Origin: Amphiscolops sp. MND2022
Taxonomy: Eukaryota
NCBI GenBank assembly: GCA_964187785.1
Contig: OZ076413.1
Location: forward strand, 42,844,001 to 42,908,000
DNA: 64,000 nt
Reading direction: 5' to 3'
A program made the position numbers and the translations under genes. Below, piece after piece: positions 35,245 through 47,580 of the stretch (the first letter of the stretch is position 1; the number at the start of each line of letters is the position of its first letter). The notes beneath the pieces were generated by a model. The model saw nothing but the letters and a program-made list of their open reading frames with translations, had not been told where the DNA came from and made no database searches.

Positions 35245-36707
35245 TGTGTTTACAGAGATGAGACTAGCGAACGTATCCAGTTGCTCAGTGCTCGTCTTGT
35301 TGGTCACTTCGACCGGATTGGAAAAAACGATGAAAATCCAAAATAGTAATCGCACTATACTCCATATAACACCCCGGTGAGCAAAATTCTTGAAACTCTA
35401 GTCAAGAATTATGTATATCCTTGAAAACCTTGGTAAGAATCTTAGCAAGATTCTTACCAAGATCGGAAAGTAAAGATCTTGCCAAGAGTTATATGCCGCC
35501 AAACTAAAATTAAACTATTTTGATGAGATACTTCGAGAAAAGTGAGGCTTTTTTTTGAACGTGACCAAAGTTTGTCTGCACCAGGAGCGCCTTGCTCAGG
35601 GGAGCCGACACAAGGGCAATTGAGAATGTAGAGTCTAGGCGCAGAAGAGGAATTGCAGGTACTTTGACTGTCAACGGATTCGAACACAGTCTTGCATGTC
35701 TTCTTAACAATTCAATCAAACAACACATCTGACAGAGACATTTAAAATGATGCGAACACATTTTCAAAATGCCAGAAGACATCTCAGAGGCTCACAGAGT
35801 GGTATAAATTCAAATACAAATACTTCCACAGATACTTATCCTACGAGCCTTTTTTGTCGTTGTTTCCTGTTGGAAAACCATTTCTTAGTATAACATTGCA
35901 ACATGGAAAACTTGGGAGAATTCCCGACTGAGATTTATGTTCCTTTTTCAAAGTGAAAGTGTGCTCAGAAACTTTTTCCCCTAGCCTGCTAAGTTTCCTC
36001 TACTCTATTGAAACTTGTTTTGCACGCAAGCGAGCTACTTTTTGTGAAATAGTAAATCACTTTGTCAAGTCGCGTGGGATTTATAATCTGCTCTTTCTGT
36101 GGAAAAACGTTAATTTTTTGCTAAATTTTGTGACTGATCGAATTGCAATCAATTGGAACACCGTTTAGCAGAACGTCCATTTTTTGAAAACCCAATGTTT
36201 TCAACTTGTTTGAAAACCAAAATGAAAGTCAAGATTCGACATGATTGTTGATGAATGACAAACTAGTCATTTCCATGATTAAGGGAGTAATGGTCGCGGT
36301 GTAGACTTTTACCAACCTAGGAATAGAGAATTTCGTTCCCAAACATTGACACAAAAATATATCTATCAACTTCTCTGCAAAATATCATCCACATTTTCAT
36401 GTCTTTTCTTTCTCTGAACGAAAGTATTCTGCAAAGTTCGTTTTAGGTAACATTTTCTTGTTTTACGCCAAGAATAAACTTAAATTCAGAGGAAACAAAT
36501 ATTGAGTGAACTATAGGCTAGGAAATACAATCCCTAATAGCTCCTCAGGATACGAATCCGCTGTGAGTTGAATTTAATTCCCATCGATTGAAAACTGCGA
36601 TGGTCATCGATGCTTCATCGATGAAATCGATTAGAGCCTCTAGAATCAACCAGAACCAAATCAATCAATGATAACACAAGCCGCTCACGAGTTTTAAGAC
36701 CTCAAGT

Positions 36708-37187
36708 TGTGTCCAGACAAAAAGGCTTCCAGACAAAAGGGCTTACAGACAAAAGGGCCAAAAACACAGACAAAAAGGCCACAGACAAAAAGGCCAAAAA
36801 AGCAGACAAAAGGGCCAAAATAATTTTAATTAAGAGCTCAATATTATAACGTAGTCAGCTATGTTCACATAGCCCTAGTGCCCTAAATGCAGGAGCGAAG
36901 CGAAGCGACGTGCCATATGGCCATGCCTTAATGTTGCTACTTGCCGAAGGGAGAGAAGCGACCGAGCCATACAACAAATATGCTAACGTCTTCAAATGAA
37001 TCAAGTTCCAGATCCGTTTTATTACATTGAAAAAACAATTTTTTCATTGAAAAACAATTAAAATATAACTGGTTTTTGGCCCTTTTGTCTGCTTTTTTTG
37101 GCCTTTTTGTCTGTGGCCCTGTTGTCTGTGTTTTTTGGCCCTTTTGTCTGGAAGCCTTTTTATCTGTGGCCCTTTTGTCTGTGCACC
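36708..37187. mobile_element. Non-autonomous MULE-like element with CAGACAAAAGGGC-array TIRs and 9-bp TSD
   Basis: ACCTCAAGT at 36699-36707 and 37188-37196. Inverted arrays of CAGACAAAA(G/A)GGC. The core is the reverse complement of ~450-665. Confidence 0.85.
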
Positions 37188-39220
37188 ACCTCAAGTCTCT
37201 CTTTCATGAGCAAGAACAACTGACTTTCCAAGTTGGTGGGTGACCGTTTTTTCTGTAATCCATATGGACAAATTTTGCTCTATTGAACAATCTCTCGCAA
37301 ATGTCCGATATCGATGGTAATCATTTGACTCTACAATGCCATCAAATCGCTCGATCAAGACGGGCCGATTAAGAATTACATTATGGTCCTGTCGAAAATA
37401 AATTATTACATGGTCAGCAATTCGAAAATAATTGCAAAAATAATACGGTAAATAGTTTTTCACATTATTGTTACACCCCTGCTCGAGATCAGATCGGGTT
37501 GTCCTAATAAATAGGTCAATGGAGTTTTTGTTCGAGTTTCTTCCCAATAAAATGTATTGAGTATTTTTAGAAAATCAATTGAAAAGGACATACCTTGATA
37601 AAAAGTTTGGATAAATAAATAAATGATGCTATGTCAGCACTCCCTTTATGAATGTGAAATATCAATAACAAAGTGTGAAATGTTTTTTGTTTGCTGATAA
37701 TAATACAGTTGATTAAACAAACAGGAACGCAGATTGGAAAAGCTGGAACAATGCCGACGCTTTTCAATTTTATTTGCCGGACTGGCGATGAATGTGTTTC
37801 TCTTTCAGCTACAGTCGTAACAACAGACCAAAGCGGGATATTTTTTGGACTATTTGGATGGAATAGCAAAGATAAAATAATATATTTGGCAGAGTCTGGT
37901 GAAATTGCACATCAGTCAAAACTGGTGATTGATCTCTCGCAGCTGTAAAATGTAATTGAGGTTTCTTTGAACTTTTACCGCTGTTCGCAACTGACAGCCA
38001 AAACGCACTGATTGAAGTTTGTTTCGCTTTGAAATCGGCGGGCGCCGCTATCGGCATCTTAATTTCTTATATTGCTATTTTCTATATACATTGCTACTTC
38101 TTTTGAACATACTTATATAACTCGCTCCAGCGCTTCTTTCTCTCTTTACTTTTCTTTCTTCAGCCGAATCAAACCGAACCGAATCAATATAACCAATCAT
38201 GTATCACTTTATACTTCAATCTCTTTCTTCAGCCGAAGTGAACCGAAACAACTCCACAATAACCAATCATGCTCTTTTAAAATCTTTTTATTCTTTTGCT
38301 ACAGCCGAATACGCCCGAGACATACACCTATATCCAATCAAACGCTCAACGACTGGGATTCAATTCGTAGTTTTAACCACCGAGCAATGTCTGGCAGAAT
38401 TTTTACAGCATAGCGCAGCCTTTGGGCTTCCATCCGAGATCAGGAAAGTGTAGTATGATTGGTTGACGAACAGCGTCTTTGCAACGCCATATGATACGTT
38501 AACGAGGCAGCCCTTATAACCGGAATAAAGCAGCACGAATTACTTTGTACCCAAATATTCCGAGTTTGTTGAATTGATACGCAAGAACCGGAGTGAGTGT
38601 AACAATGCAGCGGCGATAGATTCCAGTTACAAAACTGGAAGTATAGAAGCCGGTGACGCGTGAAGAAAACTGGTTCAATCGCGCGCCGATCTATCGCACA
38701 AATGGCAATTGCGACTTTGAACGGCTGGGTCGCTAAGCATTTGAAGTCTGTTTGAAGTTTCTTCCATCAATCGCATTTCGAAGCCTAGTACGCAAATGCC
38801 TTTCCTTGTTTCCTGTTTACTTATATGTGCTCGTATGTGATTTGAAATTCCAATACAAAATACTTTTGGCTGACAGACGTCAGAACAGACAAGATACAAT
38901 CCAAAAGTGCAACCGGTTGACAGGCCACAGAGGCGTAAGGGTGGAAGGGGTGATTGTATTTAGGGGGGTTTGAGGGGTAAAGAGTAGGGGGTGTTTTGAA
39001 ATCTGAGGAATCAGCAGTTGCAAGGGAAAGAAAGCAAGTGATATTAATTTTATGTTCACTCAGCTTTAAAAAAAGCTCAGATTCTTTAATGAAGTCAGCG
39101 CGGCCGCCATCGAAGCATTTAGAAAGACATCAAAACTGTTCAAAGTTACATAAAATCAAGAGCCTAGGAATTGTGACGCCGTTACACAAAGTGGTCGCGG
39201 TGACTTTTGTTGTAAACATC

Positions 39221-39571
39221 AAACAAGACGAGAACGTCCAAAGTCGGCGCCATATCTAAGGCTCAAAAAGCGCAAAAAAAATTTTTTGGAAAAAAACATG
39301 AATTTTTGAAAAAAAAAATTTTTCGAAAAAAAGTCGCACAGTGCCGAAAATACCCTTTGGGGACCCTTAGATGATATAAAAACTACTTTTGCGCCAGTAT
39401 TTTAATTTTGCTAAGTAATAATTGTAAGATTTTGAAAATTGTAAGAATTGTAAGAAAAGTGGACCACTCAGAGTGAGATTGTCAACTGAAAAAAACAAAA
39501 AAAAAAAAAAAAAAAAAAACTACTCACTGTAAGAGTCGGGCACTTTTCTCTAGAAAAGCGCCGACTAAAAA
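39221..39571 (-). mobile_element. HINE-like element copy
   Basis: AAACAAGACGAGAACGTCCAAAGTCGGCGCCATATCTAAGGCTC ... AAAAGCGCCGACTAAAAA. Confidence 0.6.
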
Positions 39572-39793
39572 TCAAATGATTGTCTAGCCACTGGACACCT
39601 CCGTGTTGCAACAGTCCAGCGTTTCCGACGGCTGGCCAGTCGTTCAATTCGCAATAAATTATTCACAAAAAGTATCATATCTGATCCCAAAGCTATTTCA
39701 CTGGCTAAGGTCTTTTGAATTTAAAATACTTGTTTTGCAATTCAAAAATTCATTATAATCTCATGACTATCTACAAAGACAAAAATTTCAGAC

Positions 39794-40065
39794 GAAAAAG
39801 ACTTTGTCATAAGTTGAGAACAAAAAAAACCAATCGACTAAAACTGAAATGGCCAAATCATTTTCCCGGGAATTTTTGCCTAGTTTAATGACGCTACTGC
39901 TAAAAATTTATCGACTTTCATGTGAAGTCTTTGTGAAAAAGACTTTGTCATAAGTTGAGAACAAAAAAAACCAATCGACTAAAACTGAAATGGCCAAATC
40001 ATTTTCCCGGGAATTTTTGCCTAGTTTAATGACGCTACTGCTAAAAATTTATCGACTTTCATGTG
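39794..40065. repeat. 131-bp tandem duplication with a 10-bp spacer
   Basis: 39794-39924 matches 39935-40065 with no mismatch seen. Spacer AAGTCTTTGT. Confidence 0.9.
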
Positions 40066-41269
40066 TTCGAAGCACCGAATTTTTCAAGTCCTAACATTTC
40101 TTGAAAAAATCAGGCACTTTTGTTCAAGGCTTGGAAACTACTCAAAAAATTTGAAAGTTGCAGATGTTCAGGTTCTCGAACTGAAACTACTCCTCAAATG
40201 AAATTCAAAAAGTTTAGAAAAAAAGCTCTTTTTCAGTAGAACCTAAAATCCAAAAAGGATAACAGAAGAAATTTGTCAGCAAAAAGTAAATTTAATTTAT
40301 TTGGATGTTGTGTAGAAACAAAAATCCTTTTTATATTGAATATACATGAATCTATGTGATATACTATACTATAAAACCTCAACTTTTTTGAAATTAAGCA
40401 AATCCAAAAGGAGCGAGGAAACACTAGTCCTCGCCTCGTTAGTCTGCATCAAGAACAGCTATGATTAAGCAGGAGGCTTTGCTTTAAGCAGGAGGCTACT
40501 AGCACATTAAGTAAAGACCACTCGTGCGAGGAGCGTAAATGATCAACATTACCATTGGAAACCCGTGCAAGTTTCTCTTGAATAATTTTTAGTTTTGTGT
40601 GGGTTGAAAGCACAGCTGAAAAATTGCGAGTTCACAACCATTTGATACTAGATTGTCTTCACAATTACAATATTTTATTGATCTCAACCAGCGTCACTAA
40701 TTGCTCGAAACTTCTCTCACAGGAGAAAAACAAATGAGAAACTATTGATTTCAAGCAAACAACATATGTAAGATTATCAATCAATGTTCTCTGCTTCTTT
40801 GTAAAGTGTTTGATGAAAATAGGCCCGTAATTATCTTTTTAAAAAAACTTCGAGATGATATTATTGAGTATTTCTCAACAGTAAGCAAAAGTTTTCTGAA
40901 AATTGTGTACATTAGTTTTGAACACGTAGAAAATCTTCCGGCATTGGTTCGTGAACAAGTATATTCATAAAGTATTGTCTGTTTGCTTCTTACAAATTCA
41001 TTTCACCATGGAATTACATGGATTGACCATGAATGAATCATGGCTTACCATGCATGATTCATGGAGTGATATCAGCCATGATTATCCGAGATTTGAGGCA
41101 TCATTCAAAAAACCATGATAATGGGAGAGATTCCAAGAACAAACTATAGCGGAAAACCTCGGACTTTTGATCTGAATTGTCTCATTCTGCGACTGTGACA
41201 AGTGATTTCTTTCTGAAAGCTTTTGTCTTAAACTTTTTTTCTGAAACTAAAGGACAATTTGACGCCAAA

Positions 41270-43880
41270 GGTTGACGCCAAACCAGAGAAGAGATATTTC
41301 ACGAATTGTTCTCACATTTATTGAAAGCAGAAAACTCGACAAAAAGTAGATATACTTGATATGACTTCTAGCTCAAGGAAATAAATATTTAATACAGCCC
41401 TTCACATGAGCTGTATGTAAATAAGAACACACGTCTGATCAATTAAAGTTACAAATCTCTCTGGGTTGCTATTTTACCAGCTATATCCTCGCTAAACCTT
41501 TGAAACTTGTTCATCCCTAAGGCATTCATCAAAACATCTGCTGTCGCATTTTCGATTGGACGGAACTTATTTTCTATAACCTTCTGGTCTATTTTCTTTT
41601 GCAAAAAATGCAGCCCGATAGCGAACAGATCAACTTTTAGGGAATTGACAGCTTTTTTAGTCATAGCTATACAAGCTTGATTCTCAACGAAGACAGAACT
41701 CGGTAATGATTTGTTCATACCAAGTTCTGCTCCTAACTCTTTCAGCAAAATCAAATGGATATTTTACTTTTTAGCAAGTAGACCGCACCTAACCGACTAA
41801 AGCTATCAAGAAAGGCCAAAGCATAATTGAATCCATCCACTGTTCCAATTGGCTCGGGAGAAATAGATGAACTATTTCTAGTGGCTTCGATGCTCGTGTA
41901 CCTACAGTTTTACATATAGGACTACGTCTCGCTTTTTGAGTGTTACAGACATCATACTCGTCATCTTTGTGCAGAAATATCAAACGTTTAGTCAGTTTTG
42001 ATACTTTTAGAATGTCTGTCTCATTGTAGTGGACTAAACGTTCATGCCATAGTTGCAGTGTATCATCAGCAGTGTTGTTGACTTCGAATTTTGTAGCATG
42101 CAAAAAAAACAGATTGTTCCGATATTCTTAAAGAAAAACAATTTTATTCAATCTAAAGTCTGTGTTTTTCATCAATTTCAATCTCTGATTTGATAGCAAT
42201 TAGGTTCTGCGAACACTGTGGGACATGCGAAGGATATTCAAGAACTACTTTTGCAACGTTCCTCGACTGTTGTTGTCAAGTAACTCTATTTTACCTATAC
42301 TTTCATTAACAGACTCTGTGCCGTTACCACAAAACACAGTTTATAGGACGTTTCGGTGTCACCAAATTGTTCTTTATCTTTTATCATGTGACATGTACAG
42401 CGACTGTCTGTCAAAAGGTCGAAATTAGAGTCCTCTTCTCGTTTATCAGACCCGTGAAAAGGAAACCCGTCCGTATCGTTGAGGTCGGCTGTTGTTGCCT
42501 TCACTATTTTCTTTCACTTGAAACGAATTTCAGAAGTGTGGTAACTTGTTTGAGAGTTAAGGGAGCGTGGTCTTTCTTTACGCTTGGAAAAAGTTTGAAG
42601 TTCACGCAAAGCAGCAGTGCCACTCAGTTTTAGGCATTTAATTAGACTTAACGTCTTGATATCTAAGCATAAAACCAATTCGCACCATACTTCGAAATGC
42701 TTTTCTTTCAGTTGATCACTTTTAGCGAAAAAGTTTCCGGCTTCTGTTGCTGGCAATGTTTCAGTGTTCAACAAAACACTTCTTAGCTTGAGCAAAGGAA
42801 GCTGAGGTTCCAATTGTTCTGAGAAATATTCCAAACCTTCATCCTCAACAATAAACAATAAAGTATCGAGTTTTGAATGCACTGTCTTGGTCGAAGTTGG
42901 CGTCTTAGCGGTACTTTTCCAAACCTAACGTAAATAGTTCACAATTTTTTTCAACGGTTTCCAGTACCTTCACTATCTAGCCCTTTTCGCTAATCACATA
43001 AACTTGGTGAATTCTGAACCTAGTGAGTTGTGTTCTAGTGGAATTGGCTTCAAGTACGCGCTGCAAGCACGCAAAATAGCTTCAATCATAAAATGGGATT
43101 GACAGAGCTCCTGAAATCTAAGTCAGAATCAACTCATTCCAGTAGTGACTGTTAGCCAAGCAGTGCATCAGCTACAGCAGTTTTGTTTCAGATACAATTA
43201 TTTCTGGGGCAAAGCATCTTCAAACAAAGTTATCAGATTGTGTGTCAAAAAATTGAGGACCAAGGTAATTTTTTCTGAGACGGGCTTACTAACTGTCTTT
43301 TTTTTGAAATTTTGATACGTGTTGTTTCTCAACTCAACTCCACTCAAACTTGACTCAGACTAGCAAAACGCAACAGCTATAATCAAAAGCACCAAGAACT
43401 GAAAGAGAAGAGTTTGAGTTTGAATGTTTCATAGTTACTTGTGTACTCGCAAAATTGCTTCCTCGAGGACTGTTGACTTTTGCTGCAAACTGACACAGCT
43501 GAAAAGAAAACGCTAAGCCAAGCTGAATCTCACTGTCACTCCACTGTGACTCCACTGCTAGTCCATTGCAATTCCATTTTCGTCCCACAACATCTCGTGG
43601 TCATCGCGGTTCATCAAAAGTTGCAAGTTGTCTATGTTGTTCGTCTCAAGTTCTTCGACAAGTGTTGACTTTTGAGGAAAGTCAACAGAGGATGATACAA
43701 AAATTTACAGTGAAGAAGTCATCAAATATTTGGCACCAAAGCAGACAAGAGATGTTTCACGAGTTGTTCATACCTTTAATGAAAGCAGAAACCTCGATAA
43801 AAAAGGATATACATGATATGACTTCTATCTCAAGAAAAAAAATTACAGAATATGATCATAGTCGGAGATGTTCGAGCTAG
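41270..43880 (-). mobile_element. Old, internally deleted Ty1/Copia LTR retrotransposon
   Basis: Protease-like LTDSRCTCHM (42295-42504), GAG-pre-integrase LWHERLVH and PLEIVH (41789-42103), and Copia RNase H FVENQACIA...ADVLMNAL (41449-41754) followed by a purine tract and TGTAAC. Diverged direct repeats at ~41275-41390 and ~43730-43845 are the likely LTRs. Confidence 0.8.
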
Positions 43881-46549
43881 TCTAATTGTATGGTTGTTGT
43901 ATCTTTTGGGTGAGTAACCATCAAAGTCAACAGAACCGTCACACTTTTTCTGGTAAGCCTTCAGCAAGGTCGTAACAACCATGCATCTCGCATTAGGTTT
44001 CGAACTAAGAAACGCATTCCAAGATTTCTTTTACAGCTAATGATGAACGGTGCCAATCATGTTGCATGATTTTTTCATTCCACTAAAAGATTACATGCCC
44101 CCTCTACTTTTGCAAGAGTGTTTTTAGTGCCTTCGAGCTTAACATTTTTTGATCATAAAGGATATTAGTATCTTGAAACTGCCTGAAATAGGTGAATTCA
44201 TATGTATTTTTTTTCAAAGTTTGGTAATCGGGAATACGACCATGTCATTTGCAAATATACAACAATGTACATAAACTCTTCAAAATTTTGGCATATGGGT
44301 TGGTCTTTCCGGTGTGAAAACCCAATTCTCGAGATGATGTGTTTACAAATTAACTGGCAAGCTAGATCACAAAATGGTATGCGGAAAACCAGTCAAAAAC
44401 AACATCCCCTGAGATAGGAATACTGACAGACGATTAACTTGTCGAAAGCGAAGGACATACTAACTCATCGAATAACTAGAGAGAGCTAATTGAGCACAGA
44501 AGCTTATTGAAAAGCATTTGAGCTGAATTAGGAATTTGGTGTTATTTATTTAGGTCGAGTTATTTGAAACTGACATTTCTAAATGTAAGGTTGCTAACCC
44601 AAAGGGGATAAAATCTTTCCTACTATTTTTCATACGAATATACCTATCTTTCATGTGCTTAGCGTGCTATCTTTCAGTTCCCTCAAACAAATCTTTTAAA
44701 ATCATTGAGATTATTTAAATGATTGATTTTTTCTTGCAAATTTTCTGACATGGCATTGACTATGTGAACTTTTAGAAGTAAAAACACCAATATTAAATCA
44801 ATTTGTCTAGCTGATAGATAGGGACTGACAAGAAATCACATTTTGAAGATGTGAAACTATAGGCTCTTGCTAACCAAAAATCTGCTTGTTGCCATTCTAT
44901 CATGAACGAGACTAACAGCAGCCACAATCATGCCTCAGATGCTGCACAAATCGAAATCCTGAAGGCTATCACACAGAGCTCCTCGCAAAAGGTTATCCAA
45001 AAGTTCCTTGTTTTGAAAATCAATTTGTATACACATTAATTAACTCAAATATATTGGCTCTTGCAGAACCTGCTATGATATGTCAAGATTGCACCTTCAA
45101 TTCGATCGATACTTGTCTCACCGATTTTTGAATTTCAAGCATATCGCTGACCCTAACAATTGCCTTCAAAATAAGAACACGTTGGAGCATCCAGTGGCGA
45201 TCCCAAGCTCCCCAGAGGCGACTCAAGCCCCCCAGAGGTAAACGAAGTTCATGAAATTACTTCAAGCCACAAACAATGATGAGCATAAAGCGACAATTCC
45301 TCAAACATGAGACAATGAGGATGCCTGAGGAATATTAGTATCATTTCCACTTCGAATTGGTTTAGCAACATTTGCCTCAACAGTGGTTAGAAAAGTACAC
45401 AAAAATCCACAAAATTTTCAAGCTCCTAAGAGCCAGTGGGTCCTTGCCACAATCCTATAAAAGACAATGGGCTCTTACCAATTACAAATCGTTCAGTGGC
45501 GAAAATAGTGTGATATAACTGTTAGTCATAAAATACGAAATTCTAGTTTTACGAATCATACTCAGGCTATACATTTTTGGAGTTTCGAAGTCCAAGTAGC
45601 AACACAACAAAAAAACTTCAATCACACAAACAGCTTTTTCCAAAGCTGAAGTACAAATTAGACCTGAAGCAGATTTATCAGTAGACTTTGCAAAAAAGAA
45701 GCTAATGTTCAACTTATGAAAGTTGTTGTTTTTTGAGGCTTCAGCTTCAGTCTTTATAGTTCTATTTTTACCAGCATTTGGGCTTTTTTCGCCTGACATA
45801 CCCTCTGGGGTTGTAAACTTTACAGCCTTTTCCTAGAAAACGTCCATTCCCAGAACAACCACGTTGATGCTAACTTTCCCACAATTTTTGAAAAACTATA
45901 TGAAAATTTTTGAAAAAAAATTTTGCCTTCGGGATGTTATTATTGAAACGAAAACTTAAAAGGGTTTTCGCCAATTTTCTTCAACTTCACAACCAGCAAA
46001 ACTTGACAGGACACTGACACAAACAAGATACTAACCAAAACGGCAGCATGTTTTGTGTATATTACTGACAACTTCGTTGTTATACATACAACTTTTTTCA
46101 CCGAGAAATAGGTGATCAAACATCGGAAATTTTTTTTTCAGAAAAAATTTCAAACTTAGAGAAAAAGTTCTGAAAACGATGTCGGATATGGTTAATATAA
46201 GGTAATCCTCTACCGTACAGTTCTCGTTTATAAGAACAGTGGCATTCAGATCAAGGTTGCGGATTTTCACAGGTTGAACGGGCGATCGAAGTTCACTTCA
46301 ATCCGAGGGCGTAAAAAGATTATCCTGTATTCTACTTTCCTGATTGTGAATATTTAATGTGTTTAGTTCACAGACTTTTCTCTGCAAAATTAGGCGTTTC
46401 CTTTTGCGTAGTATTTTCTTAATTTCTGCTCCCACAAATTTATTTGTGAATGGAGAGGAAAACCATAATTTGTGTGGCGTTTTTTAAACCCATTCTGCCA
46501 AATCTCCACGATCTCCATCCACTTCAGTTAATACCTAATTTAGTTACTT

Positions 46550-46612
46550 TGGCTCACTTGGTAGTGCGTCCGTTTGCCTGACAGGCACGAGGTTGTGGGT
46601 TCGAACCCGTGG
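46550..46612 (+). other. tRNA-derived Pol III promoter-like segment (SINE head or tRNA pseudogene)
   Basis: A-box-like TGGCTCACTTGG at 46550-46561 and B-box GGTTCGAACCC at 46598-46608. No convincing cloverleaf acceptor stem. Confidence 0.5.
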
Positions 46613-47196
46613 TGATGTGTTCCATTTTTAGCGGAAGTAATCCCGTTGCTTAGCGGGCGTCATGTTCTTAATCCTCCCTTTAACTGATTGCGTTCTCTTG
46701 TTACTTTTTATTTTTTGCATCATTTTCACTAGCTTTTCTTTTTGTTTTTCAGTTCTGACAGTTCTCTGTTTGTTCTGTCGGCCAATCCTTGTCTCCAGAA
46801 GTGCGTTGCCTTCTTGTTTTGAGTAAAATCAACAGTTCGTATAATCTGCCTCTCTACTTCTAATTAAACTAACAATTTCAAAATGCTAAAAGTTTCAATG
46901 ATGGTCTCGTTACCCTGTAACGCCTTCTGAAGCACTTACCTCTCTTTCTGGTGATGGTGACTGTCTCGTCTAGGTCCCCTGTTACGATCAAGTCGCAAAT
47001 GATAAATTGATACTATGCACTGATGCTATTCGTCGGCATTTTACAGCAATTTGAAATCCGCATCCACTTCAAATATTTATAAAACAAGGAAGTCATTGAA
47101 ATGAAACCTTGCATTTACTCGTTCCATAGATTATTGCACAGGAGTTCTCGATAAGAACACTGAAAGAGTGATACGCATCTTTCCTCCACAAAAGTG

Positions 47197-47580
47197 TCAT
47201 GTGTTACGACTATTGACCGGAGTTGTTTTGGTATTAGTCGCAGTTACTGTTTTAACAGGTGTTGACTTTCGAGCAACGGGGGTATTTTCAACTTCAGAGT
47301 CAGAATCCTGGTTTTTCAACGAAACCGCTCGTTTCTTACTCAGTGGTGCTATTAACTTGAACATTTCCTTCTGGTTTTCAGCTAGTATTATTGATAGATC
47401 AGACAAAATCTCCTTTCTCAAGGACGCTTTTAGCTCGTTCAGATCTTCAGACTCAGTTCTAGTGGTTTTGCTACAGCTGGGAACTAAGTTTTCAGCTAGG
47501 TTATTCTGAGTTAAGGAAGTCTCAAACTCTCCTGACACCAACTCATTTACGGCTTTTCTTTTCTGGCTTCTCGTTGTCAT
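47197..47580 (-). other. Short coiled-coil ORF (MTTRSQKRK...), probably a truncated retroelement Gag/ORF1 N-terminus
   Basis: Basic N-terminus, heptad-like LNELKASLRKEILSDLSIILAENQKEM and a Ser/Thr-rich tail, ending abruptly at a TGTTACGAC junction. Confidence 0.35.

Noticed and set aside
36710..36820. CRISPR-like short repeat array
   Set aside because: The units are nearly contiguous without unique spacers and are mirrored at 37075-37187. They are transposon TIR arrays in a eukaryotic genome with no cas genes.
43966..43980. SSU rRNA 3' motif (GTCGTAACAA)
   Set aside because: Only ~10 bp match and there is no flanking rRNA sequence.
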